NCBI GenBank assembly: GCA_005881575.1
Contig: VBCA01000001.1
Span: 85,611 to 149,610 of the forward strand
Length of the DNA: 64,000 nt
Direction: 5' to 3'
Source of the DNA: Betaproteobacteria bacterium
GTDB lineage: Bacteria > Pseudomonadota > Gammaproteobacteria > Burkholderiales > SG8-39
The number at the start of each line of letters is the position of its first letter. Position 1 is the stretch's first letter. The notes below the pieces were generated by a model. That model had not been told where the DNA came from. It saw nothing but the letters and a program-made list of their open reading frames with translations, and ran no database searches. Below are positions 8,356 through 19,949 of the stretch, in pieces. The position numbers were made by a program, and so were the translations under genes.

Positions 8356-8840
8356 CAGCCGAGAATTCTTTTCACTAGAGCGATGAGGAGCAGGGTGTAG
8401 AACGCCGCGACGGTGTCGTCGAACATCACGCCCAGGCCTCCTTTCATCGCACGGTCGATGTGGCGGATCGGCGGCGGCTTGACCACGTCGAAGAAGCGGA
8501 ACGCGAAGAACGCGAGGGCCCACCAGGCCCAGTCCGACGGTGTTAGCAACAGGATCAGCAGCATCGCGACCACCTCGTCCCAGTTCATTGCGCTGTGATC
8601 GGCGATGCCCAGATCGCGCCCGGTGCGCGCGCACGCCCAGATCCCGATCCCGAAGAAAACGACGATGACACCGAGAAGGGCGAGCGGCGCAAGCCAGAGG
8701 TCGAGCAGGAAGAAAAGCGGAAACGCGAGCAAGGTGCCTACGGTGCCCGGGGCGAGCGGCGCAAGCCCCGTTCCGAAACCGAGCGCGATGAAATGGGCCG
8801 GGTGGGCGAAGACGAAACCGGGGGCGGGCCGCGGGATCAT
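8355..8840 (-). CDS. pgpA: Phosphatidylglycerophosphatase A
   Basis: 161 aa from MIPRPAPGF. Motifs HPAHFIALGFGTGLAPLAPGTVGTL and FRFFDVVKPPPIR. ATGA overlap with the thiL stop. Confidence 0.9.
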   Translation of the reverse strand: MIPRPAPGFVFAHPAHFIALGFGTGLAPLAPGTVGTLLAFPLFFLLDLWLAPLALLGVIVVFFGIGIWACARTGRDLGIADHSAMNWDEVVAMLLILLLTPSDWAWWALAFFAFRFFDVVKPPPIRHIDRAMKGGLGVMFDDTVAAFYTLLLIALVKRILG

Positions 8841-9796
8841 GCGAAGTGATCGAAGCCCTTGCGCGGACGGGAAGCGAGCTTGCCCCGGGCGTCGCGCAGC
8901 CTCGCCACCGGATCGCCCGGAACGGCCGCGCCGATGAGGGCGAGCGGGATTTCGAGGTCCCTTCCCACGGCCCCGATCTGCGCGCGCTTGACCTTCGGCG
9001 CGGTGAATAGCAGCTCGTAATCGTCGCCGCCGGCGAGCAGGCAGTCCTCGGCGAGCGCCTTGTCCGGACAATCCGCGATCGCCCTCGCCCGCGGCAGCTT
9101 GTCCGAGGCGAGCTCGGCGCCGACGCGGGATGCCTCCAGAATGTGGCCGAGATCGGCGAGCAGGCCGTCGGAGACGTCGATTGCGCTGCGCGCAAGGCCG
9201 CGCAGCTTCACGCCGAGATCGACGCGCGGCTCCGGCGCGTGCAGCCGGGCGAGGCAGGCTTCGAGCGCCGCGCCCTCCAGCTTCACGCGCCCTTTGAGGT
9301 GGGCGAGCGCGAGCGCCGCTTCTCCGGTCGCGCCCGAAAGCCAGATATCGTCCCCGGCGAGCGCCGCGTCGCGCCGCAGCGCGAGCCCCGCCGGCACCTC
9401 GCCCATCACGGTGACCGAGATCGCGAGCGGCCCTCTCGTCGTGTCCCCGCCGATGAGCTCGGTTCTCCAGCGGCCTGCGAGACGGAAGAACCCTTGCGCG
9501 AACGCGGCGATCCACGTCTCGTCCGCCTCGGGCAGCGCGATCGCGAGCGTGGCCCAGCGCGGGCCGGCGCCCATCGCTGCGAGATCCGAGAGATTGACCG
9601 CCAGCGCCTTGTGCCCGAGCTTCGCCGGATCGGCGTCCGGGAAGAAATGAATTCCGGAGGTGAGCATGTCGGTCGAAACGGCGAGCAGCATTCCGGGGTC
9701 GGGCCGGAGGAGCGCGCAGTCGTCGCCCACCCCCAGGATCGCCGTCGGCGCTTCCCGGGTGAAGTATTTGCGGATGATGTCGAACTCGGAGGCCAC
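8837..9796 (-). CDS. thiL: Thiamine-monophosphate kinase
   Basis: 319 aa. EFDIIRKYF and LGVGDDCALL with PurM/AIR-synthase-like architecture. Confidence 0.9.
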   Translation of the reverse strand: MASEFDIIRKYFTREAPTAILGVGDDCALLRPDPGMLLAVSTDMLTSGIHFFPDADPAKLGHKALAVNLSDLAAMGAGPRWATLAIALPEADETWIAAFAQGFFRLAGRWRTELIGGDTTRGPLAISVTVMGEVPAGLALRRDAALAGDDIWLSGATGEAALALAHLKGRVKLEGAALEACLARLHAPEPRVDLGVKLRGLARSAIDVSDGLLADLGHILEASRVGAELASDKLPRARAIADCPDKALAEDCLLAGGDDYELLFTAPKVKRAQIGAVGRDLEIPLALIGAAVPGDPVARLRDARGKLASRPRKGFDHFA

Positions 9797-9800
9797 GTCT

Positions 9801-10223
9801 TCAGGCTTTTCTCTCCTGCGGGCGCAGCTCGGGGACGAGCTTGTCGAGCACGCCGTTCACGTACTTGTGGCCGTCGGTGCCGCCGAAGTCCTTGGCGAGC
9901 TCGATCGCCTCGTTGATCACCACCTTGTACGGGATATCGGTCGCGTTTTTCAGCTCGAACGCCGCGAGCAGCAGGATGCCGCGCTCCACCGGCGAGAGCT
10001 CCTTCAGCTTGCGATCGAGCAGGGGCGCGATCAGGCGCTCGAGTGAAGCGGCGTGCGTTATCGTCCCCTGCAGGAGCCGCGCGAAATACTCGGCGTCGGC
10101 CTTACCAAAGCTCTTTGATTCCGCCAGCTGGGACTGAAGGCCCGCCGCGTCGTCGCCCCCGAGCTGCCACGCGTACAGACCCTGCAGCGCGAGCTCGCGC
10201 GAACGGCGCCGCGCCGATTTCAT
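9801..10223 (-). CDS. nusB: Transcription antitermination factor NusB
   Basis: 140 aa. [15 protein letters not shown]... Conserved ribH-nusB-thiL order. Confidence 0.95.
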   Translation of the reverse strand: MKSARRRSRELALQGLYAWQLGGDDAAGLQSQLAESKSFGKADAEYFARLLQGTITHAASLERLIAPLLDRKLKELSPVERGILLLAAFELKNATDIPYKVVINEAIELAKDFGGTDGHKYVNGVLDKLVPELRPQERKA

Positions 10224-10678
10224 TTGTTGCTCTTCGCGATGCTCTTGGAGAGGTTCGCCATTTCCACAGCGACCTCGGCGCAGTCCCGGCCTTTTTGCGC
10301 AGCGCGCGCCTTCGCCTGTTCCTCGGTGTCGGTGGTGAGAATGCCGTTTGCGACCGGGATGCCGCTGTCGAGCTGCACCTGCATGAGGCCTGAAGCGGAT
10401 TCGTTCGCGACGACGTCGAAATGGTGCGTCTCGCCGCGTATGACCGCGCCGAGCGCGATCAGCGCATCGTACTTCTCCGTATTGGCGAGCTTCTGCAGGG
10501 CTAGCGGCGCCTCGAGCGCGCCCGGCACGCTGATCACGGTGAGGGCGGTCACATGCAATTCCGCGAGCCGCTTGCGGCAGGCTTCCAGCATCGCGACGCC
10601 GATGCGCGCGTTGAAGCGCGAGCGCACGATCCCGACGCGCAGGCCCTCCCCGCCCGAGTCGGGCTCGATCTCCGCCAT
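10220..10678 (-). CDS. ribH: 6,7-dimethyl-8-ribityllumazine synthase
   Basis: 152 aa from MAEIEPDSG. Motifs [10 protein letters not shown] and [15 protein letters not shown]. Confidence 0.95.
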   Translation of the reverse strand: MAEIEPDSGGEGLRVGIVRSRFNARIGVAMLEACRKRLAELHVTALTVISVPGALEAPLALQKLANTEKYDALIALGAVIRGETHHFDVVANESASGLMQVQLDSGIPVANGILTTDTEEQAKARAAQKGRDCAEVAVEMANLSKSIAKSNK

Positions 10679-11787
10679 CAGCCGTCCCGCGCCCTGGCGG
10701 CCTTTTCGACGTAACCCGCGATCTCCAGCTCCCACCCCGCCATGCTCGGCATCTTGCGTGGCGAGGCCATGAGGCGCATCTTGCCGACCCTGAGATCGCG
10801 CAGGATCTGCGCGCCGATTCCGTAGGTGAGGAAATCCATCTTGGACGGTCGATCGGGCCGCTGGGGCGATGCGACGCGCTCGATCAGCTGAGACGCGCTC
10901 TCCGCGCAATTGAGCAGCACCATGACGCCTTTGCCCTCCGCGGCGATGCGCTCGAGCGCGTCGGGCACCGACCAGGAGTGCGCCCGCCGTCCGGCCTCGA
11001 GCAGGTCGAGCACGGAGAGCGGCGCGTGCACGCGCACCAGCGTCTCCTTGTCGGGTGCGATCTCGCCCCGGACGAGCGCGAGCTGGGTCTCTCCGCTGAT
11101 CTTCTCCAGGTAGGCGACCAGCCGGAACGGCCCGAAGCGGGTTTCGATCACGCGCTCTGTCACGCGCTTGATGAGCGATTCGTTCTGGCTCCTGAAATGG
11201 ATGAGATCGGCGATCGAGCCGATCTTGAGCCCGTGATGTTTCGAGAACTCGACGAGGTCGGGCAGCCGCGCCATGCTTCCGTCGTCTTTCATGATCTCGC
11301 ACAGCACCGCCGCCGGATGGAGGCCGGCGAGCTGCGCGAGGTCGCAGCAGGCCTCGGTGTGCCCGGCGCGCACCAGCACCCCGCCTGCCTGCGCGATGAG
11401 CGGGAACACGTGGCCCGGCTGGACGATGTCCGCGGGCGTCGCCTTCGGGGAAGCCGCCACCTTGATGGTGTGCGCCCGGTCGGCCGCCGATATTCCCGTG
11501 GTCACGCCGGAGGCGGCTTCGATGGACACGGTGAAGTTGGTGCCGTGCACCGAACGGTTGCGCGCCACCATGGGCAGGAGATTCAGGCGTTCGGCGTGCG
11601 CCTCGGTGATCGGCATGCAGACCAGGCCGCGGCCGAACTTCGCCATGAAATTTATCTTTTCCGCGGTGACGAATTCCGCCGCGAAGATGAGATCGCCCTC
11701 GTTCTCGCGGTCCTCGTCGTCGACGAGCACGGCCATGCGGCCGGCTTTCAGCTCGGCGATGATTTCCTGGATCGAGTTGAGGCTCAT
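10678..11787 (-). CDS. ribBA: Bifunctional 3,4-dihydroxy-2-butanone-4-phosphate synthase / GTP cyclohydrolase II-like protein
   Basis: 369 aa from [14 protein letters not shown] synthase motif [16 protein letters not shown], followed by a C-terminal GCHII-like domain. The upstream extension to 11868 is judged non-coding. Confidence 0.9.
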   Translation of the reverse strand: MSLNSIQEIIAELKAGRMAVLVDDEDRENEGDLIFAAEFVTAEKINFMAKFGRGLVCMPITEAHAERLNLLPMVARNRSVHGTNFTVSIEAASGVTTGISAADRAHTIKVAASPKATPADIVQPGHVFPLIAQAGGVLVRAGHTEACCDLAQLAGLHPAAVLCEIMKDDGSMARLPDLVEFSKHHGLKIGSIADLIHFRSQNESLIKRVTERVIETRFGPFRLVAYLEKISGETQLALVRGEIAPDKETLVRVHAPLSVLDLLEAGRRAHSWSVPDALERIAAEGKGVMVLLNCAESASQLIERVASPQRPDRPSKMDFLTYGIGAQILRDLRVGKMRLMASPRKMPSMAGWELEIAGYVEKAARARDG

Positions 11788-11874
11788 GGTGTCGTCCGTC
11801 CGAGCGCGAATTTTACGCCTAACGGCGCCGCGCCGTTCCAGCAGGAACGCATTGCGGGAAAGGGGCATTAAGTT

Positions 11875-11977
11875 CCCCTCCTTGGATAAGGAGGGGTGGC
11901 GCGAAGCGCCGGGTGGTTTGACCGGATCACCCGACCACCCGCCGCCTACGGCGGCACCCCTCCTCGTCGAGGAGGGG
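11875..11977. repeat. Composite of five nested or adjacent GC-rich palindromes (REP-like element or terminator stack) between rplS and ribBA
   Basis: CCCCTCCTT-ggat-AAGGAGGGG (11875..11896). GGCGC-gaa-GCGCC (11898..11910). GGGTGGT...ACCACCC (11911..11940). GCCGCC-tac-GGCGGC (11941..11955). CCCCTCCTCG-t-CGAGGAGGGG (11957..11977). Confidence 0.55.
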
Positions 11978-11988
11978 ATGGACCGTGC

Positions 11989-12366
11989 TTACTGCTCGCC
12001 GCCCTGCTCGTGGCCTTCGATTTTCTCGCGGATGCGCGCGCCCTTGCCCGAGAGCTTGCGCATGTAGTAGAGCTTGGCGCGGCGCACGTCGCCTTTCCTC
12101 TTCAGCTCGATCGAATCGATCATCGGGGAATAAGTCTGGAAAGTGCGCTCCACGCCCTCGCCCGAGGACACCTTACGTACCGTGAACGAGGAATTGATGC
12201 CGCGGTTCCTCTTGGCGATCACTACGCCCTCGTAGGCCTGCACGCGCTTGCGCTCGCCCTCGACGACGCCGACGTTGACGATCACCGTGTCGCCCGGGGA
12301 GAACTCGGGGAGCTTCTTCCCCATGCGCTTGATTTCTTCCTCTTCGAGCTTTTGAATGATGTTCAT
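11989..12366 (-). CDS. rplS: 50S ribosomal protein L19
   Basis: 125 aa. [37 protein letters not shown]. Confidence 0.97.
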   Translation of the reverse strand: MNIIQKLEEEEIKRMGKKLPEFSPGDTVIVNVGVVEGERKRVQAYEGVVIAKRNRGINSSFTVRKVSSGEGVERTFQTYSPMIDSIELKRKGDVRRAKLYYMRKLSGKGARIREKIEGHEQGGEQ

Positions 12367-13118
12367 CGCTTCGCTCCTTGGTCCAATTCCTGCCTGAACT
12401 CTTCAAGCAGTTTGCGTTCGCCCTCGCTCATCCCGCGGCGCTCGAGCAGCTCGGGTCTCCTCAGCCACGTGCGGCCGAGCGACTGCTTCAGCCGCCAGCG
12501 CTCGATCTGCGCATGGTGCCCCGAGAGCAGCACCGGCGGCACCGCCTCGCCCGCGTACGTTTCCGGCCGCGTGTACTGCGGGCAGTCGAGGAGCCCGTTC
12601 ACGAACGAGTCCTGCGCAGCCGACAGTCCGTCTCCGAGCGCGCCGGGCAACTGCCGCACCACCGCGTCGATCAGCACCATCGCAGCGAGCTCGCCGCCGG
12701 AGAGGACATAGTCGCCGATCGACAGCTCCTCGTCCACACTACGGCGAATCAGGCGCTCGTCGACGCCTTCGTAGCGTCCGGCGAGCAACACCCACCGTGC
12801 CCCCTCCGCCAGCTCCATCACCTTGCGGTGGTCCATCACCGGCCCTTGAGGCGAGAGATAGATCACTTTCGTATCGCCTCGCGCCGCGGCCTTTGCCGCG
12901 GCGATCGCCTTCTCCAGCGGTTCGGCGAGCATCACCATGCCGGGCCCGCCTCCGTACGGCCGGTCGTCGACCGTGCGGTAATTGTCCGTCGTGAAATCGC
13001 GCGGATTCCACAGCGAGAGACTCCACAGCCCCTGTTCCAGCGCCCGGCGCGTCACGCCCGAGTCCGTGACCGCCGCGAACGCCTCGGGAAACAGCGTCAC
13101 GCAATCGAAGCGGATCAC
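12363..13118 (-). CDS. trmD: tRNA (guanine37-N1)-methyltransferase
   Basis: 251 aa. [11 protein letters not shown] and [20 protein letters not shown] overlaps on both sides. Confidence 0.97.
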   Translation of the reverse strand: MIRFDCVTLFPEAFAAVTDSGVTRRALEQGLWSLSLWNPRDFTTDNYRTVDDRPYGGGPGMVMLAEPLEKAIAAAKAAARGDTKVIYLSPQGPVMDHRKVMELAEGARWVLLAGRYEGVDERLIRRSVDEELSIGDYVLSGGELAAMVLIDAVVRQLPGALGDGLSAAQDSFVNGLLDCPQYTRPETYAGEAVPPVLLSGHHAQIERWRLKQSLGRTWLRRPELLERRGMSEGERKLLEEFRQELDQGAKR

Positions 13119-13642
13119 CAGTCCGCTCCCCAGTCGACTTCGACCGTGCCTGCGGCGAGGTCGACTTTGCGGATCACCTCCGCGGTGGCCGGCACGAGGC
13201 GCTCTCCGGATTCGTGCGCGACTCGCATCACATCGTTCGCGCCGGTAGTGATGAATCCCGCCACGCGGCCCAAACGTTCGCCCCGTTCATTGACAACTTC
13301 GAGGCCGATCAAATCGACCTGGTAGAACTCGTGCGCGGCCGGCTCAGGCAGATCCTCGCGTTTGAGCGCCACCTCGGCTCCGCGGTAGGCTCCGGCCTTC
13401 TCCGGACTGTCGCATCCCCGGAAGCGCGCCACCAGATAGGCGCCGTGCGCGCGGCACTCCGCCACTGCGACCTCGCTGAGCTTCCCCGGCTTGCCGACCC
13501 ACCACGCGGAATACTTGCAGAGGTTGCCGCTTCCTGAGCCGAAAGGCTCGATCTTCAGAGCACCCTTCACGCCCCAGGGCGCCATCACGCGCCCCATCAC
13601 CACCCACCTGGTTGGCTCGCTCGTCGCCAACCCGCTTCGCAA
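13115..13642 (-). CDS. rimM: Ribosome maturation factor RimM
   Basis: 175 aa. [18 protein letters not shown] and a PRC-barrel tail. Sits in rpsP-rimM-trmD-rplS order. Confidence 0.9.
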   Translation of the reverse strand: MRSGLATSEPTRWVVMGRVMAPWGVKGALKIEPFGSGSGNLCKYSAWWVGKPGKLSEVAVAECRAHGAYLVARFRGCDSPEKAGAYRGAEVALKREDLPEPAAHEFYQVDLIGLEVVNERGERLGRVAGFITTGANDVMRVAHESGERLVPATAEVIRKVDLAAGTVEVDWGADW

Positions 13643-13649
13643 GCCTGAG

Positions 13650-13913
13650 CTACTTGGCCGCGGCTTCAGCCGGCGCCTTGTAGCCCTTCAGAAGTCGAGC
13701 CACCGTCGGGCTCAACTGCGCGCCCTTGCCGCGCCAGTACGTCAGGCGGTCGGTGGCGAAGCGCAGCGACTCGCGGCCCTCGGGCGCCTTCGGATCGTAG
13801 AACCCGACGCGCTCGATGAAGAGCTTGCCTGCGGCCCTGCGCGAATCGGCAACCACCACATTGAAAAAGGGCCGCTTCTTGGCGCCGCCGCGGGAAAGAC
13901 GAATCACCACCAT
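13650..13913 (-). CDS. rpsP: 30S ribosomal protein S16
   Basis: 87 aa from [25 protein letters not shown]. Confidence 0.95.
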   Translation of the reverse strand: MVVIRLSRGGAKKRPFFNVVVADSRRAAGKLFIERVGFYDPKAPEGRESLRFATDRLTYWRGKGAQLSPTVARLLKGYKAPAEAAAK

Positions 13914-13987
13914 GACGAATTTGACCGAAGCCGAAAAGGGCGTGATTTTACGCGAGCTTAGGTGAGCTTGGCAAGGGAAAACGGGGT

Positions 13988-14494
13988 CTACCTCACCCGT
14001 CTCCACACATTGGTGTTAACTCGGCCCGCCAGCGTCGACGGATTGATGTAGACCAGGTCCTCGGCGGTCAGAGTCTTGACGACTCGCTTGAAGGACGAGC
14101 CGTTCTGGTTGGGGAACGAGCTTCGCTCGATGTTGAGCGTCAGGACCCCGTCGCCTTCGCTGAGCGAGTAGGTCCCGTAGTACGAGAGCACGCCGTGCGC
14201 GACGGCCTTGTTTTCCTCCGGCGTCGTCTTCAGGCGGTCGTTGGAGGCGAGCTTGGGAAACTCCGACATGATCTGGAGCGAGAAGCGGATGCCGTCGAAG
14301 ATGAGCAGGCCCTTGGGATTTGTTCCCTCCACCAGCGGAAACCTGGTGCCGTCCTTGGCGACGGACTCCGCCCTGACGTACGACCAGTTTCCGACGAGCA
14401 GCTTCTTCGAGATCGGGCCTCTTTGCTGCGCCCAGGCTTCCGAGGCTCCAACGAGCATCAAGACGGCTAAAGCGGCAGCGATCGATCTGTGCAT
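13988..14494 (-). CDS. Secreted lipocalin-like domain protein
   Basis: 168 aa from ATG 14494 (verified). Signal peptide [30 protein letters not shown] is a lipocalin-like opening strand. The sequence looks beta-rich. Confidence 0.6.
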   Translation of the reverse strand: MHRSIAAALAVLMLVGASEAWAQQRGPISKKLLVGNWSYVRAESVAKDGTRFPLVEGTNPKGLLIFDGIRFSLQIMSEFPKLASNDRLKTTPEENKAVAHGVLSYYGTYSLSEGDGVLTLNIERSSFPNQNGSSFKRVVKTLTAEDLVYINPSTLAGRVNTNVWRRVR

Positions 14495-14529
14495 GGCGTT
14501 TCCTTCCTCCAACAGTCTATACCGGCTAG

Positions 14530-16161
14530 TCATGCTTCGGTGAGGCCGGGCTTGCCATTCTCGACCACGAAGCTCTTGCGCGTCGACAGGCGGCCATCGC
14601 GTACGCTGACCTTGTCGAGCACCTGGTAATCGGCCTGCCAGCGCTGCGGCGTCACGGTGTGGCGAACGTAGCCGCGCTGGCCGTTGAAGAACTTCAGGTG
14701 CGGGTCCTGCTGCATCAGCGCCTTGAAGCGATCGTTGATGTCGAAGCCGTCGCCGAGCGAGGAAACCGACGTCGCCACGAACTCGACGCCGAGCGTCGCA
14801 GATTTCTCGTCGGCGAAATTCTTCTTCAGCTCCGCCGCCCAGTTCTGGTGAACGTCGCCGGTGACGACGACCAGATTCCGGAGCTTCGCCGCCTCGACCG
14901 CGGCGAACAGCCGGTCGCGCGCGGCCACGGCACCGTCCCACTTGTCGAGGCTGGGGACGAAGACGTTCGGATCGGGATCGCGGTCGTTGCGCGCGACGAT
15001 GACTTGCTGCGCGAGCAGGTTCCAGTGCGCCTTCGAGCTCCTGAACCCGTCGTAGAGCCAGCGCTCCTGCGTTGCGCCGAGCATGGTCCGGTTCCCCTCC
15101 AGGGCCTCGGCGCAGTTCGCCTGCTGCCGAGGTCCGTCGGCACACGCCTGCGGGGAACGGAAGAGTCGCGTATCGAGCACGTTCATGGAGAGGAGATCGC
15201 CCACCGCGAAGCGGCGGTACGCCAGGATGTCCGGTCCGCGCGGCAACTGCGCGCGCCGCAGCGGCAGATGCTCGTACCACGCCTGGAACGCCGCGGCGCG
15301 GCGCAGCACGAAGAGCTCCGGGGGCGCTTTCTTTTCGTTCGTGTCGCCGGCCCAGTCGTTCTCGACCTCGTGATCGTCGTAGCTCATAACGAACGGAGCG
15401 GACGCGTGCGCGGCCTGCAGGTCCGCGTCGAGCTGATGCAGACTGTAGCGATGCCGGTAGTCGTCCAACGTGTAGCACTCGTCCGGATCGCCAGGCATGA
15501 CGCGCACGACGGGCAGCTTGCGCTCGTTCGGGCGTAGCACGGGCCCCTCGTAGATGTAGTCACCGTAGTGGAACACGAAGTCGAAGCGCTCGGCCGCGAT
15601 GTTCCGGTATGCGGTGAAGTAGCCGTCTTCGTAGCGCTGGCACCCGGCGGCCGCGAAGCGCAGCCGCGGCAACGCCAGGCCGGTAGGCGGCAGGGTGTGC
15701 GCCCGCCCGATGCCGCTGCGCTCGCCGCCGACCGTGAACCGGTAGTAGTACTCCCGCGCCGACTCGAGCCCACCGACCTCGACATGGACCGAGTGCCCGA
15801 GCTCTGGGGGCGCGATCGCCTTTCCGCTACGCACGAGCTTGCCCATCTGCGGATCCGCCGCGACCACCCACTCGACCTCGACCGCCTTCTTCGGCATGCC
15901 GCCGCCGCGCTCCAACGGCTTCGGCGCGATCTTGGTCCAGATCACAAAGCCGTCCGTCGCCGGGTCGCCGGAGGCCACGCCCAATGGGAACGGGTAGGTC
16001 GCGAATACCGGGTTTCCCCAGAGAGATCGCGCAAAGAAGCCTCCCGTCGAAGTAAGGAGGGCCGCGGCACCGAGCGCGCGCAGTAACCCGCGCCGATTCA
16101 CGGTCGCGAATTCGTCGATGTTCAAACGTGCGGGAAAGCGAGACGACATGTGCACTCCCAT
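14530..16161 (-). CDS. phoD: Tat-exported alkaline phosphatase D family protein
   Basis: 543 aa. Twin-arginine signal NRRGLLRALGAAALL. Metallophosphatase motifs HYGDYIYE, DDHEVENDW and VVVTGDVHQNW. Confidence 0.85.
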   Translation of the reverse strand: MGVHMSSRFPARLNIDEFATVNRRGLLRALGAAALLTSTGGFFARSLWGNPVFATYPFPLGVASGDPATDGFVIWTKIAPKPLERGGGMPKKAVEVEWVVAADPQMGKLVRSGKAIAPPELGHSVHVEVGGLESAREYYYRFTVGGERSGIGRAHTLPPTGLALPRLRFAAAGCQRYEDGYFTAYRNIAAERFDFVFHYGDYIYEGPVLRPNERKLPVVRVMPGDPDECYTLDDYRHRYSLHQLDADLQAAHASAPFVMSYDDHEVENDWAGDTNEKKAPPELFVLRRAAAFQAWYEHLPLRRAQLPRGPDILAYRRFAVGDLLSMNVLDTRLFRSPQACADGPRQQANCAEALEGNRTMLGATQERWLYDGFRSSKAHWNLLAQQVIVARNDRDPDPNVFVPSLDKWDGAVAARDRLFAAVEAAKLRNLVVVTGDVHQNWAAELKKNFADEKSATLGVEFVATSVSSLGDGFDINDRFKALMQQDPHLKFFNGQRGYVRHTVTPQRWQADYQVLDKVSVRDGRLSTRKSFVVENGKPGLTEA

Positions 16162-16209
16162 GAGCTGATTAGATTACAAATGGGGAATAGTTGAAAATGA
16201 TAGCTATGC

Positions 16210-17559
<1,350 letters not shown>

Positions 17560-17591
17560 GGGAGGGCGTGGCGTCGGTGTAAACTGCGAGG

Positions 17592-18413
17592 ATGCCGGCG
17601 ATTCTACTCTACGCTGCCGCGTCGCTCTTCTACGCCATCCTCGCTTTTCATTTCTGGCGCACGCGCTGGCGCGGCGCGAGCGCGCCGCGGCTCGCGCGCC
17701 TGGAGCGGGCAGCGATCCTCGCGCCGTTCGCGCTGCATACCTGGCTCGTCTACGACATGCTGTGGGCCCAGTCCGAGCTGCACTTCGGTTTCGGGCAGGC
17801 GCTCTCGGTGATGCTGTGGCTCGCGGTGCTGATCTACTGGATCGAGAGCCGGTTCCTCGAGCTCGAAGGCATGCAGGCGCCGATCCTCGCGCTGGCCGCC
17901 GTTTGCGCGCCGCTGCCGGCGCTCTTCCCGGGGCTTGCGGGTGCGCCGTACACGCATTCGACCGAATTCAGGCTGCACCTCGCGCTCGCGATGGTCGCCT
18001 ACGGCATGTTCACGATCGCGGCGCTGCACGCGCTCTTGATGACGCTGATGGAGCGCCGGCTGCACGGCGGAGCGCTCGCCGGGCCGCTCGCCGCGCTGCC
18101 GCCCCTGCTGACGATGGAAAGGCTGCTTTTCCAGATCATCCTCGCGGGATTCGTGTTCCTCACGCTGACGCTCGCCACCGGAATCGCGTTCTCGGAAACG
18201 CTCTTCGGCCGCGCGATGAAATTCGACCACAAGACGGTGTTCGCCGTGGCTTCCTGGCTCATTTTCGCGGCGCTCCTCGCCGGGCGCTATCTCTACGGCT
18301 GGCGGGGACGGGTCGCGCTGCGCTGGACGCTCGTCGGTTTTGTCGCGCTGCTGCTCGCCTATGTCGGCAGCCGCTTCGTGCTCGAAGTGATCCTGCGGCG
18401 CGGTCTCGTCTAG
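17592..18413 (+). CDS. ypjD: Cytochrome c assembly (CcsA-like) family inner membrane protein
   Basis: 273 aa, polytopic. Divergent from ffh as in enterobacterial ffh/ypjD synteny. Confidence 0.75.
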   Translation: MPAILLYAAASLFYAILAFHFWRTRWRGASAPRLARLERAAILAPFALHTWLVYDMLWAQSELHFGFGQALSVMLWLAVLIYWIESRFLELEGMQAPILALAAVCAPLPALFPGLAGAPYTHSTEFRLHLALAMVAYGMFTIAALHALLMTLMERRLHGGALAGPLAALPPLLTMERLLFQIILAGFVFLTLTLATGIAFSETLFGRAMKFDHKTVFAVASWLIFAALLAGRYLYGWRGRVALRWTLVGFVALLLAYVGSRFVLEVILRRGLV

Positions 18414-18451
18414 GCTATACTCCGCTCCCTTTCTGTCCCTGGGCGCCCGCT

Positions 18452-19741
18452 TTGGACGACATTCGGTTGGCGGTGCAGTTCGTCGCGCTCGCCGTCCTGC
18501 TCGTAATCTCAGGTCTTTTCTCCATCGCCGAAACCAGCATGATGGCGGTCAACCGCTATCGGCTGAAGGCGCTCGTTCGCATGGGGAACCGGGGCGCCCA
18601 GTACGCCGCCGAGCTGCTCGCGAAGACCGACAAGCTCCTCGGGGTCATCCTGCTCGGCAATAATCTGGTGAACGCCGCAGCCGCGTCGCTCGTCACCGTC
18701 ATCGGCATCGAGCTATTCGGGGACGACAAGTACGTGATGATGGCTGCCACCCTGGTGATCACCTTCCTGATTCTCGTCTTCTCCGAGGTCACGCCCAAAG
18801 TCATCGGTGCGGCCTACGCCGAACGCATCGCGCCCCTCGCGAGCTATGTGCTCAAGCCGCTGCTCAGGATCCTCTACCCGGTCGTCTGGTTCGTGAACCT
18901 GTTCGTCGCCCCGCTGCTCTACGTGTTCCGCGTGCACTCGAAGAGCGGCACCCACTCGCAGAGGATGACGATGGAGGAGCTGCGCCTGCTCGTGCTGGAA
19001 TCCGGTCAGTTCATGCCGAAGAAGCACCAGAGCATTCTCGTCAACCTGTTCGACCTCGAAGCGATCACCGTCGAGGACGTGATGACGCCGCGCGCGCAGA
19101 TCGAGGCGATCGACCTCGAAGCGTCGAACGAAACCATCCTCGCGCAGCTCACCACCGCGTATCACACGCGGCTCCCCGCCTACCGGGGCGAGCTCGGCAA
19201 CCTCGCGGGTATCCTGCATCTGCGCAAGGCGATGTACCTCGTGCGCTCGGAAGACTTCGACCGGAAGGCGCTCGCCGGACTGCTGGCGGAGCCCTATTTC
19301 GTCCCGGTGGGCACGCCCGCGTTCGCGCAACTGCAGTATTTCCAGGAGAACCACCAGCGCATCGCGCTCGTGGTGGACGAGTACGGGGAGCTGCAGGGGC
19401 TGGTCACCCTCGAGGACATCATCGAGGAGATCATCGGCGAGTTCACCACCACTGCGCCGGTGAAATCGGAGACCTATTTCTGGGACAAGGACGGCAGCGC
19501 CCTGGTCGAGGGCTCGAGCGTGCTGCGCGAGCTGAACCGAAAGCTCGGGCTTGCGCTGCCCCTGGATGGGCCGAAGACCCTAAACGGTCTCATCCTGGAA
19601 CACCTGCAGGACATTCCCGCGGCAGGGGTTGCGCTCAAGATCGCCGACGTGCCGATGGAGATCGTGCAGACCCAAGACCGGGTGATCAAGACCGTGCGGC
19701 TTTTCCGCCCCCGCGTATCCGATCTCGCGCGGGCCGCCTGA
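18452..19741 (+). CDS. CNNM/HlyC/CorC-family transporter (DUF21 + CBS pair + CorC_HlyC)
   Basis: C-terminal 429 aa of ORF 17213..19741. DUF21 segment GLFSIAETSMMAVNRYRL, then CBS-like repeats and a CorC tail. TTG at 18452 is the nearest in-frame start upstream of DUF21, so the start is uncertain. Confidence 0.8.
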   Translation: MDDIRLAVQFVALAVLLVISGLFSIAETSMMAVNRYRLKALVRMGNRGAQYAAELLAKTDKLLGVILLGNNLVNAAAASLVTVIGIELFGDDKYVMMAATLVITFLILVFSEVTPKVIGAAYAERIAPLASYVLKPLLRILYPVVWFVNLFVAPLLYVFRVHSKSGTHSQRMTMEELRLLVLESGQFMPKKHQSILVNLFDLEAITVEDVMTPRAQIEAIDLEASNETILAQLTTAYHTRLPAYRGELGNLAGILHLRKAMYLVRSEDFDRKALAGLLAEPYFVPVGTPAFAQLQYFQENHQRIALVVDEYGELQGLVTLEDIIEEIIGEFTTTAPVKSETYFWDKDGSALVEGSSVLRELNRKLGLALPLDGPKTLNGLILEHLQDIPAAGVALKIADVPMEIVQTQDRVIKTVRLFRPRVSDLARAA

Positions 19742-19949
19742 AGAGCTCCGCGGGTCGCGCGGCGCAGGAAGTATTTCACGGTCCGCGCACCGCCTATTTA
19801 CGTCTTGTCTTCAATGCATTGCGGGAAGTACTTGAGACTTTACAAAGAGCCTTTGCCCATGCATCATCGCGGGACCGTCCGCGAGCGTCCCGGCTTCGCC
19901 GGAGGAAGTCGCAGGCTCTGCACCGGCGAAAGAAGCAGGAGAAACCACT

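Noticed and set aside
7858-9195. Composite long ORFs whose upstream parts read through neighbouring genes (7858..9195, 10220..11302, 13988..15478, 24864..26576, 25757..27208, 41382..43124, 45286..47430, 56899..58596)
   Set aside because: In each case only the C-terminal portion matches a known family. That portion begins at an internal ATG/GTG placed right after the upstream gene. The N-terminal parts overlap other well-supported genes in another frame.
11788-11988. FMN riboswitch upstream of ribBA, and the 27-codon N-terminal extension of ribBA (to 11868)
   Set aside because: I could not find the conserved RFN core segments in the leader. The extension ([27 protein letters not shown]) overlaps the palindrome stack and precedes the conserved MSLNSIQEI start. 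A cmscan against RF00050 would settle this.
16162-16209. Pho box upstream of phoD in the short AT-rich spacer
   Set aside because: No convincing CTGTCAT-type direct repeats were found on either strand.
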